A DNA stretch of 17,937 nucleotides, from assembly GCA_044345055.1 (NCBI GenBank), contig JBIJBT010000058.1, forward strand, positions 1 through 17,937, given 5' to 3'. This stretch comes from Bdellovibrionota bacterium. GTDB lineage: Bacteria; Bdellovibrionota_C; UBA2361; OMIW01. The notes beneath the pieces are model-generated. The model searched no databases, had not been told where the DNA came from, and saw only the letters and a list, made by a program, of their open reading frames with translations. Of this stretch, positions 7,878 through 16,377 are shown one piece after another. Every line of letters begins with the position of its first letter. Position 1 is the first letter of the stretch. The translations under genes were made by a program, and so were the position numbers.

Positions 7878-8540
7878 ATGATGCTCGATAATAAAAATAA
7901 TAATTCCTTAGCCCGCATTCGTCGTGTCATAACCGTTGCGTTTATGTTTCTGGTCGTAACGACACCCTACTTTGAGGCTTTCGCTCAAAGTAAATCAACC
8001 TCACAGAATACATCAACTGCCCAACAGATGGTCCGACAACATCGGAGTCTACGTTTAGCTGGCATTCGGGGCACCGATGGCTCAGGGCCAAGAAGCTTCT
8101 GTCAGGGAGAGCGTTTTAAACCGTGCGTGTGTGCTGACCAGGTGACACGGGACATGCAATTTCGGCCCTCAATCGCAGAATGTGGGAAAAATGCTGGCAT
8201 CATTCTTTACGGAAAGTATCTCTCGGCATTCAGCATTGTGCTGAGAGACTCTGAAAATCGTGATCGCTGGCCTGCGTTTGGCTTTAATGGTTGCCCAAAA
8301 GCTTTGGCGAACTCCGATTCTCCACCGGCCTACTGTAGCGCTTTCAAGGCTCAAAAGAAGTTTCGTATTGCAAAGGGTACTGCTGACGAAGGGGTTCTTT
8401 ACTGCTTTGGGGCCTCGGGCTATTCAAAATTAATGAGTCGAGTCGTTCGAAGCACCGTTAAGCTCCGCGATATTCCGGGTTCTTCTGCCGATCCGCTCGT
8501 ACGTTGGTGTCTCAAGGGTCCAACTGAGCCGTTAAACTGA
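7878..8540 (+). CDS. secreted cysteine-rich basic hypothetical protein
   Basis: A GGAGA SD precedes the ATG. The signal peptide has RIRR, a hydrophobic core and an AFA-Q cleavage site. The mature region has 8 Cys. Confidence 0.75.
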   Translation: MMLDNKNNNSLARIRRVITVAFMFLVVTTPYFEAFAQSKSTSQNTSTAQQMVRQHRSLRLAGIRGTDGSGPRSFCQGERFKPCVCADQVTRDMQFRPSIAECGKNAGIILYGKYLSAFSIVLRDSENRDRWPAFGFNGCPKALANSDSPPAYCSAFKAQKKFRIAKGTADEGVLYCFGASGYSKLMSRVVRSTVKLRDIPGSSADPLVRWCLKGPTEPLN

Positions 8541-8703
8541 AGGCAAACCGATTTATTAGTGACCTAACAAGAAACCATAGGTTCCGCTACGGGAGCAGAT
8601 GAAAGATAATCTGTATTCTGCCTCCCGAGGCATAGTCTCCGTTTAAATTTCCTCCTCATCACAAACCTAGAGCCTTTTTTTCATTTTCACGACCGTTCGC
8701 TCC

Positions 8704-11700
8704 ATGACCAGAAAGCGAATTTTACTGTTGGTGGCTCTCGCTCTGCTCTGCAGCGTGCTGATGGTCGGAGGCCGTCTCAAGCGTGAAGCGGTATCAGCCC
8801 TAATTGGGCTTCTTGACGAGGAGGCCGCGACCTCTTGCGGCGGGTCTATCGTCTACGATTCAGCTAAGCTTTCGTTGATGACCTTGTCAGTGGAAGCACG
8901 TAACGTTCGTCTTTTGGTCGAGGGCACCCCTCACCTATCGGTTGAGCGACTTCGAGGTCGATTTGGTCTTCGCGATATCTTCTCGAAAAAAATCCATATC
9001 GATCATCTTGAACTTATCGGCACTCATGCAGCTGGGGTCGGCGAAGAGAGCGGCACCTATCGTTTTATCGATCATCTCACCGCCCCCATCCCACCCGAAA
9101 AAGATCGTTCGGGTCGATGGCGCGTTAGCCTCGAACGGCTATCAGTAGTTGATGGCAGCTTTATCGAACAGTTTCGCTCCTCCGAGCTCCACGGCGAGGG
9201 AGTCTCTCTTGAGGTCATACACACACCGGATGATAACTTCCAGCTACTGCCCGCTGCTCGTGAGCTTAAGGTCCGCTATCCGCACCCAACTCTCGATCAC
9301 ACCTTTATTATAGGGGGTTTGCGATCTGATCTGACAATCGAATCTCATCGGGCTGTATTCAATCAGATATCTCTTATTCACAAAGAGAGCGAGATGCTCA
9401 TCTCGGCGATCTCTGATACGAAAAACCGTAACGCCCTCTCTGGCTCGGGCACGGCAACGCTTCACGCTGAATCGCTCGGCATCACTCCTCCGATTGCTGG
9501 AACGGTGTCGGGCACAACGAAACTCTCGGGCAATCTGGGAAGTCCAAAAATCGAGGGGGCTCTTAATGCGATTCCTCCCTTTATTATCGCGCCCGCCGGC
9601 GTTCCGCTTTTTGTTTTTGATGAGACCAGTGGGCGATTTATCGTCGATGTCAATCGTGGCGATCCGATCGTCTCGCTCGCTGAGGTACAGGCAACGAGTG
9701 CTACTGCTCAGGTCAAGGACGGATCATTTACCCTTTATCGTGACACAATCAAGGGTGGAGCAACTCTTCACCTTGATTCGATAACCTCTGACATTGTCTC
9801 CGTTCGTGATGCAACGATAACGCTAGCCCTTTCTGGAACTCTTGATACTCCAACTATCGGTCTCAAGCTTGAAGCCCGTCATGGACATATTCTCGACTAC
9901 GATGCAGGAGCGACAGCTGCAACCGGCACATTCAGCGACAGATCGCTTGCCTTTTCGCTCTCGACAACCGAGGCAACACTCTCCGGAAAAGGGCTCCTTA
10001 ATCTTCCAGAAAACGACATCCCGAGCCTCGCCAATCTTCAGCTTCAAGCAAACCGGTTAAGGCTCAAAGATACCCGTGCATCCTCCATCGTCGATGATCT
10101 TCTCATTGATGGTACTCTGTCACTGGAAGGCCCACTCACTGCTTCGCTTATTCGAGGGAAAGGGACGGTCGCGGCGAGCTATCTTCCTCTCTCTGGTCGC
10201 TGGCCCATTCCAAATATCGTCAAGGGAACTGTGACCCTCGGCGATGGCGTTATTGCCCTCACCGGCGCTGATGAAACAGGGCGTGCAACGACAAAGGCTC
10301 GGGTCATCATAGACGGCAAAGGTCCGAGCTCGCTTACCCTCGCGTTTGCTGCGTTCACTCCTCCTATCGAACCAGCCGAGCAGGTATGCCTCTCAGTTTC
10401 AGCAACAACCTCTTACTCATTTGGGCTCGACAATCCTCTTCTTGGAGATGGTTCGCTTGCGCTTTCAGATCTACGCATCGGTTGTCCTCCATATCAACTA
10501 CAGCTCCCTCGCGGAACAAAACTTGCGATTAAGCGGGGGCGTGCTCTGGTCGACACCCTCTCACTCTCGGGTAATGGAAGCTCCGTTACTGCTGGTGGCT
10601 GGGTTTCTCTTGCTGAGGGCTATGCAACAACCTTATCTGGTGGCCTCCGCCTCGAGAGCCTCCTTGATCTTTTTCCAGCGATTGATAATGCATCGGGTCT
10701 TTTTTCAGGGTCTGTTCGGGTCTCTGGTCCAATAGCGGCACCCGAATTTCGTGGCTCTCTTAGCCTCTCAGAGGGGCGAGTTTTTGCTGGAGCAGCGGGA
10801 ATTGAGGCAAATTCTCTCACGGGAAAGGGAGACATTGCAGGAAATCAGATCACGATCTCCGAACTAAGGGGCACTCTCAATCGAGGCGCTATCACCGCGA
10901 GCGGTTCGATCGATATAGCCAATTTATCGCGCTCTCAGATCAAAGCTACACTGACCGGCACTCAATTTGATTCAATTCCGAATCTGACTGCGATAGCCGA
11001 CGGTCAGCTCTCGCTCGGATGGTCACCCGAGCTAACGCCACAACTTGGGGGGAACATCCAGCTGCAATCTGGATCGTTCGAGAGGAGTATAGATCTCGGT
11101 ACAGTTGCGAAATTTATCTCTGATTCGCTCCTCGGGTCGGGAGACAAGATCCAGTTGGGTGCAACTCCCCAAAAAGGTGGCGCGGAGCTAAATCTCAATA
11201 TAACGGGTGAGCACGACCTCTTTTTAGGGACCAACTGGGCCGAGGCAGAGCTTAAAGCAAACCTTGTCGTTGCTGGTTCAACCGCGTCTCCACGGATAAC
11301 GGGTGAGGTAGAAGCGTTGAGTGGATGGTTTGGATTTAGAGATACTCGATTTTTAATCGTTTCAGGTACTGTTCGATTTAATCCAGATAACGCTATCCCC
11401 TCAATTGATATAATAGGTCAATCAACCATCCTGTCGGCATCGGGAGAATCGAACTCAATCGTGCTCGAGGCTCGCGGAGCAGCTGATAATCCAAAGATCG
11501 TACTTTCCTCCGATAGAGGATTATCTCAGCGGGAGATAATCGCGCTTCTCACCGGAGGTGGAGGCCGGACCGATGTTTCCCGTCAATCCTCGACAAGCCG
11601 CTTCGGTCTTGCCCTAAATTATAACGATCTCTCCCTATTTGATAACGACAGCCCTACGATTGGAACCTCACTCCTCTCGCGACTAACCCATATCGACTCA

Positions 11701-14418
11701 TTAACGGTAGAGCCCGCTTACAACAACACGACCGGAAGCATCGACCCCGCAGTTATTGCGACCAAAAAACTCACGGAGCGACTTTCGCTCAATGGAGAAG
11801 GTCTTTTCAGTGGAGCCGCTTCCGAATCTCGGGCTCGGCTCGACTACCAGATATTCGATTCACTCAACGCATCGGGTACGCTCGTATCAAACTCTCTGCG
11901 ACAGGGAACTCAGCTCGGTGTGGATCTTGCGTTCACGATCAAATCGAGGGAGCGAGTACCGCTGACCATAACGTTTATTGGGAATGATGCGCTGCAGAAA
12001 TCAGAGATACTTCGGTATGCAAAGATAAAACGGTCCCGCCCATTACGAGCGCCGCAGCTTCGCTCTATGGTCCGCCGAATAACAACGGCCTACACCGATA
12101 GAGGATATCGCGATGCAGCGGTCGCCGCTCGCTGTGTTCGGCAAGAAGACCCCTGTACCGCCGTTGATATATTTATCGACGAGGGGACGCTGCACGACAT
12201 AGGCGACATCATTCTCGAGGGTCAACAACTAGAGGGTCTTCTTCCTGAATCATTACTTCGGAATCTAAAAAAGAGAGCTTGCGCGACGAAATCGTTCGAG
12301 CAGCTAGCCCGTATTACTATCACGCGTCATCTCCGAGAGTCTGGATATTTGGCATCTCGGGTTGAAACTCTCTATCAGCTAGAGGGCAATGGCATCGATA
12401 AACAATCTCTTCTCGTCCGAATAGATCAGGGCCCCAACTATAAATTCATCTTCTCTGGAAACACTCGCTTCTCAGATGATGAGCTTTTAGAGCGAACTGA
12501 ACTTATAAATCGCTCTCTACCGTTTGGTAATAACTCTATCGCTGTGCTTGTGGAAAAAATGGCGGAGAGATATCGGCGAGCCGGCTATCTGAGTGCAACA
12601 GTCGCATATCAGCGGGAAACAGAGGTTGCCACAGAAAAGCAATCAACAGGCCAAGAAACCATTCGTTACCTAATCACGATTCATGAGGGAATGGAGCTGC
12701 CCGTCAAGCGGGTATCGTTTGTCGGCAATCAACAGCTTTCAACATCAACTCTAAAAAAAGAGCTTCGAAAAAAGGAAAAATCAGGTCCAGAACGCAATAT
12801 TCTTTCCCCTCGCTACGCAGTCGATGAGGAGCTACAGTCTCATAGCACACTAATTGAAGAGCTGTATCACAATCTTGGATTTAGTGGCACACGGGTGTCG
12901 TACGAGATAGTTCCCTTGCCGAAGAATAGGGTAGCAATCCGCTATATCATTCAGGAAGGGGTGCGCTCATCTGTGGAGATCTCATCGATAAGCGGGATGC
13001 CTGCCGGGGTATCAACGGCTCCATTACCAACTAAATCGATAAACGCAGTCGAGGCAAACAAGCTGATCTCTAATATAGCGCAGAACTTACGTGATGCGGG
13101 CTACCAATCTTCAGCAATTGTTCTTATCCGCTCCTCGACCAATGATTCCTACTCCATCGAGCTAACGCCAGGAACACCGATTACCCTCGCGCGAATCTCG
13201 GTCGAGGGGGCCATATCAGTTCCAACAACAACAATCCTCCATACTCTCAAGTTGCGGGAGGGGGACCCTTGGTCGCAAACCTTACTCGAAGAAGGACGGC
13301 GAAAACTGCTAAAATTGGGGCTTTTTTCATCAGTCATTTTCTCCGATAGCAACTCCGCGAACCCAACTCAACGTGAGCTCACAATTAAGGTAATCGAGCG
13401 CCCGTTGAGCTATCTCCGATTTGGAGGAGGCGCGAACTCGCAGTTCGGCGCTCATATCTTTGGGGAGGCATCAGATCGGTCGCTATTCCTTGATGGACGT
13501 GAGGTCTCGCTTAGGGCCGATCTCTATGTTCTACCCGGAACTCTCGAGGTATCTCAGGGGATCGCATCAATTTTGTACGCAATTCCCTCGGTTCTCGATT
13601 CCCCCTATTCCTTCGTTGAAGATCTCAGATTTCAAAAACTCTCCACAACCACTCAGGAGTTCGACGTTGAGCGCAGCATCGTTTCATCGTATCTTTATAG
13701 ATCTGACAGCTCGGGTATCGGGCTCACCTTCGGCCACTCACTCGCACGGGAAAATATTTTTAATGTTCCTCAAGATGTGCAGATTGGGCGATTTGACTCC
13801 GGAACTGTTCTATTAAGCACTCTCAATAGCTCAATCACCCTCGACAAGAGAGATGCTCCTCTTATGCCGACCTCTGGATATACCCTCGGCTTCGATGGAT
13901 CCCTCGCATCAAATGCACTCGGCTCCGACGCATCATACTTAAGTGGCACGATGCGAGCTTCAACTATTTTGCCTCTCTTTTCTTCGGCAAGTAACTGGTC
14001 CCTCGCCGCAAGTACTCGCTGGGCAGCTTCTCAGTCACTCGGCGATACCGATGAGATTCCGATAACCCAGCGCTACTACCTTGGGGGGCGCAATTCAATC
14101 CGAGGGTTTCGGGAAAATTCGCTCGGACCACTTAGCGAGGGCGGCAATGTCATCGGTGGCGATCTCTTAGCCGCCTCAAGCGCCCAGCTGCAATACCGCA
14201 TCGCCGAGCGTGTATCGCTCCATACATTTCTTGATATCGGAAACGTATTCCTGAAAAGCCAGAACGATTCCCTCTCCAACCAACGAAAAGGCTACGGTTT
14301 AGGGCTCCGCTTTATCTCTCCAATCGGTCCCATAGGATTTGACTTGGGCTTCCCCACAAGCCCCCAAGAGGGCGAGCCAAAAATGCGTTTTCATTTCTCG
14401 GTGGGAAGCAATTATTAG
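8704..14418 (+). CDS. tamB: TamB/AsmA-like domain fused to about 6 POTRA repeats and an Omp85 (TamA/BamA-family) beta-barrel
   Basis: 1904-aa uninterrupted ORF. It starts with a basic+hydrophobic anchor, then Gly-rich beta-strand repeats and a DUF490-like end (LSSDRGLSQREIIALL...GVDLAF, ~aa 1080). POTRA-like repeats follow (F.GN...Y...GY..A.V...I.EG), then barrel motifs RYYLGGRNSIRGF, SPIGPIGFDLG and the terminal strand FHFSVGSNY. Confidence 0.9.
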   Translation: MTRKRILLLVALALLCSVLMVGGRLKREAVSALIGLLDEEAATSCGGSIVYDSAKLSLMTLSVEARNVRLLVEGTPHLSVERLRGRFGLRDIFSKKIHIDHLELIGTHAAGVGEESGTYRFIDHLTAPIPPEKDRSGRWRVSLERLSVVDGSFIEQFRSSELHGEGVSLEVIHTPDDNFQLLPAARELKVRYPHPTLDHTFIIGGLRSDLTIESHRAVFNQISLIHKESEMLISAISDTKNRNALSGSGTATLHAESLGITPPIAGTVSGTTKLSGNLGSPKIEGALNAIPPFIIAPAGVPLFVFDETSGRFIVDVNRGDPIVSLAEVQATSATAQVKDGSFTLYRDTIKGGATLHLDSITSDIVSVRDATITLALSGTLDTPTIGLKLEARHGHILDYDAGATAATGTFSDRSLAFSLSTTEATLSGKGLLNLPENDIPSLANLQLQANRLRLKDTRASSIVDDLLIDGTLSLEGPLTASLIRGKGTVAASYLPLSGRWPIPNIVKGTVTLGDGVIALTGADETGRATTKARVIIDGKGPSSLTLAFAAFTPPIEPAEQVCLSVSATTSYSFGLDNPLLGDGSLALSDLRIGCPPYQLQLPRGTKLAIKRGRALVDTLSLSGNGSSVTAGGWVSLAEGYATTLSGGLRLESLLDLFPAIDNASGLFSGSVRVSGPIAAPEFRGSLSLSEGRVFAGAAGIEANSLTGKGDIAGNQITISELRGTLNRGAITASGSIDIANLSRSQIKATLTGTQFDSIPNLTAIADGQLSLGWSPELTPQLGGNIQLQSGSFERSIDLGTVAKFISDSLLGSGDKIQLGATPQKGGAELNLNITGEHDLFLGTNWAEAELKANLVVAGSTASPRITGEVEALSGWFGFRDTRFLIVSGTVRFNPDNAIPSIDIIGQSTILSASGESNSIVLEARGAADNPKIVLSSDRGLSQREIIALLTGGGGRTDVSRQSSTSRFGLALNYNDLSLFDNDSPTIGTSLLSRLTHIDSLTVEPAYNNTTGSIDPAVIATKKLTERLSLNGEGLFSGAASESRARLDYQIFDSLNASGTLVSNSLRQGTQLGVDLAFTIKSRERVPLTITFIGNDALQKSEILRYAKIKRSRPLRAPQLRSMVRRITTAYTDRGYRDAAVAARCVRQEDPCTAVDIFIDEGTLHDIGDIILEGQQLEGLLPESLLRNLKKRACATKSFEQLARITITRHLRESGYLASRVETLYQLEGNGIDKQSLLVRIDQGPNYKFIFSGNTRFSDDELLERTELINRSLPFGNNSIAVLVEKMAERYRRAGYLSATVAYQRETEVATEKQSTGQETIRYLITIHEGMELPVKRVSFVGNQQLSTSTLKKELRKKEKSGPERNILSPRYAVDEELQSHSTLIEELYHNLGFSGTRVSYEIVPLPKNRVAIRYIIQEGVRSSVEISSISGMPAGVSTAPLPTKSINAVEANKLISNIAQNLRDAGYQSSAIVLIRSSTNDSYSIELTPGTPITLARISVEGAISVPTTTILHTLKLREGDPWSQTLLEEGRRKLLKLGLFSSVIFSDSNSANPTQRELTIKVIERPLSYLRFGGGANSQFGAHIFGEASDRSLFLDGREVSLRADLYVLPGTLEVSQGIASILYAIPSVLDSPYSFVEDLRFQKLSTTTQEFDVERSIVSSYLYRSDSSGIGLTFGHSLARENIFNVPQDVQIGRFDSGTVLLSTLNSSITLDKRDAPLMPTSGYTLGFDGSLASNALGSDASYLSGTMRASTILPLFSSASNWSLAASTRWAASQSLGDTDEIPITQRYYLGGRNSIRGFRENSLGPLSEGGNVIGGDLLAASSAQLQYRIAERVSLHTFLDIGNVFLKSQNDSLSNQRKGYGLGLRFISPIGPIGFDLGFPTSPQEGEPKMRFHFSVGSNY

Positions 14419-14494
14419 GGAGTATGAAAAAGTTTGAGGCTCTCCCGACTCTTAAGTTTATCGCGACAGACAAGCCATTCTAAATATGAAATAA

Positions 14495-14524
14495 TTGCCT
14501 CCCCCCGCCCGAATATCTTACAGT
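14495..14524 (+). promoter_or_regulatory. possible sigma70 promoter for glyA
   Basis: TTGCCT (14495-14500), 18 nt, TACAGT (14519-14524), with an AT-rich stretch just upstream. Confidence 0.3.
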
Positions 14525-14593
14525 AGAGTCCAGTCACTCACCGGGCTAAAACACCCCCCGCGAACTCTACCGCTTTTCCGAGGAACTACCGCC

Positions 14594-16090
14594 ATGACCA
14601 GCTCGCCTCTTCATTCGTATCTGAGCGCTACCCCAGTCGATCAGGTAAACCCCGGAACCGTACAATTTCTCGCATCGCTCGAGCTTGTTAAAACTGAGGC
14701 ACCAGAAATTGTTGAAGCAATTATCGCCGAGCTCAATGGTCAGCGTTCGAGTCTCAAATTAATCGCATCCGAAAACTACTCATCGCTCGCGGTACAGGCC
14801 GCCGCCTCTAATCTGCTCACCGATAAATATGCAGAAGGTTTTCCCTTTCATCGCTTTTATGCGGGTTGTGACAATGTAGACACGATAGAGGCATCGGCTT
14901 GTTCATTGGCATGTTCGCTCTTTGGCGCAGAGCACGCCTATGTTCAACCGCACTCCGGGGCCGATGCGAATATGGTTGCTTTTACCGCTATTTTAGCGGC
15001 TCGCGTTCAGGATAAGTTTCTCGCAGAGCGGGAGAACGCCAACCCCGATGATTTAGATACGCAGACCTGGAACACCCTTCGCACCGAGATGATGTCGCAA
15101 CGCATTATGGCGTTCGATCTCCGTTCAGGGGGTCATCTTACTCACGGCTATCGTCGAAACTTTTCGAGCATCATGTTCGAGGTTCACCCTTATCAAGTGG
15201 ATCGAGACACTCACCTCCTCAATCTCGACACGCTTCGCAAGCAAGCTCATGAGGTAAAGCCTCTCATACTTCTTGCAGGTTACAGCGCCTATCCGCGGCG
15301 GATTAATTTCGCCAAGATGCGCGAAATCGCGGACGAGGTTGGTGCAGTCTTTATGGTTGACATGGCGCACTTTGCGGGGCTCGTCGCAGGAAAGGTTTTC
15401 ACAGGTGATTACGATCCCGTTGCTCACGCCCATATCGTTACCTCAACGACCCATAAAACATTGCGCGGACCACGTGGCGGTATCGTTTTGTGCAAAAAAG
15501 AGTTCGCTGACTATGTAAACAAAGGGTGCCCCGCAGTTCTTGGAGGCCCACTTTCTCACATCATGGCCGCAAAAGCAGTTGCGTTTCACGAGGCACTACG
15601 TCCAAGTTTTCGCGACTACGCTCAGTCAGTCGTCAAAAATGCGCAGGCACTCGGTGAAGCTTTTGCATCTCGGGGCGTGCCCGTTATCTCAGGTGGAACC
15701 GATAATCACCTAATACTCCTCAATGTTGCAGAGCGATTCGGCCTCACAGGAAGACAAGCTGAGACAGCGCTTCGAGAGTGCAGCGTTACTCTAAACCGCA
15801 ACACGATTCCGTTTGATCCACAAGGCGCATGGTTCACCAGCGGTCTAAGGCTCGGCACACCCGCCCTAACAACAAGAGGGCTCGGCACAGTAGAGATGAA
15901 CGAGGTCGCCTCGATTATTTTCGATGCGCTCGCTGAGGCTACTCCAGCTCGCATAGAATCCGGAAAAAATGCAGGTCAGATCAGCAAAGGAAAAGCTGAT
16001 GTACCTGATGCAATCAAACTAAGTAGCCGTGAGCGTGTATCTAAATTACTGATGAACTTCCCGCTTTACCCCGAGATACCGGAGCTATAA
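14594..16090 (+). CDS. glyA: serine hydroxymethyltransferase
   Basis: Motifs LKLIASENY, KYAEG..RFYAGC, VQPHSGADAN, GGHLTHG, DMAHFAGLVAG, the PLP-lysine motif TTHKTLRGPRGG, GGTDNHL and SGLRLGTPALTTRG. ATG 14594 follows a GAGGA SD; the TTG 14495 extension in the ORF track is unlikely. Confidence 0.97.
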   Translation: MTSSPLHSYLSATPVDQVNPGTVQFLASLELVKTEAPEIVEAIIAELNGQRSSLKLIASENYSSLAVQAAASNLLTDKYAEGFPFHRFYAGCDNVDTIEASACSLACSLFGAEHAYVQPHSGADANMVAFTAILAARVQDKFLAERENANPDDLDTQTWNTLRTEMMSQRIMAFDLRSGGHLTHGYRRNFSSIMFEVHPYQVDRDTHLLNLDTLRKQAHEVKPLILLAGYSAYPRRINFAKMREIADEVGAVFMVDMAHFAGLVAGKVFTGDYDPVAHAHIVTSTTHKTLRGPRGGIVLCKKEFADYVNKGCPAVLGGPLSHIMAAKAVAFHEALRPSFRDYAQSVVKNAQALGEAFASRGVPVISGGTDNHLILLNVAERFGLTGRQAETALRECSVTLNRNTIPFDPQGAWFTSGLRLGTPALTTRGLGTVEMNEVASIIFDALAEATPARIESGKNAGQISKGKADVPDAIKLSSRERVSKLLMNFPLYPEIPEL

Positions 16091-16135
16091 TTTGGAGTAG
16101 CTTGCGTCCGTCCAAAAATGTAGTCAAAAATCTTT

Positions 16136-16177
16136 TATTGCTCCTTAAGAAGCCGTTCACTTTCTTAAGGAGCAATA
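16136..16177. terminator. perfect 16-bp inverted repeat downstream of glyA (probable terminator or stabilising hairpin)
   Basis: TATTGCTCCTTAAGAA (16136-16151), a 10-nt loop, then TTCTTAAGGAGCAATA (16162-16177). It starts 45 nt after the glyA stop. There is no classical U-tract. Confidence 0.6.
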
Positions 16178-16377
16178 CAACTATCATATCGCTGCATCCT
16201 CTTCCCGCAGCATCCTCAAAAGTCCCCGCCGCCCCTCCTCCTCTCTCCCCCCATTCATTTTTTCCCTATCGCGTCAATTGATTCGTGCTATAAGCTCAAT
16301 AGTAAAGACGTAATACTTATCAGCTCTCAATATAGCATTAATACCCATTTCTTAACGGTTTTTTCAAAGAGTCTTCG

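Noticed and set aside
8538..8600. c-di-GMP-I (GEMM) riboswitch suggested by AAGGCAAACC
   Set aside because: There is no GNRA-capped P1 stem, no GACGCAAA junction and no matching P2.
8704..8760. Lipoprotein signal (TamL-like) at ALLC in the fusion protein
   Set aside because: Leu at -1 does not fit the lipobox [LVI][ASTVI][GAS]C, and hydrophobic residues continue after the Cys.
14419..14593. ZMP/ZTP, THF or glycine riboswitch upstream of glyA; 7-bp stem GTAGAGT/ACTCTAC (14523-14570)
   Set aside because: The conserved motifs of these riboswitches are not present on the + strand. The stem is short and its left arm overlaps the candidate -10 element.
14495..14593. 33-aa N-terminal extension of GlyA from TTG 14495
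   Set aside because: It has no SD and no SHMT-like sequence. ATG 14594 has a good SD, and the TTG coincides with a likely -35 hexamer.
16267..16377. Sigma54/NtrC sites, a glutamine riboswitch or a glnK gene upstream of amt
   Set aside because: I found no TGGCAC-N5-TTGC, no TGCAC-N7-GTGCA, no glnA-motif sequence and no PII ORF.
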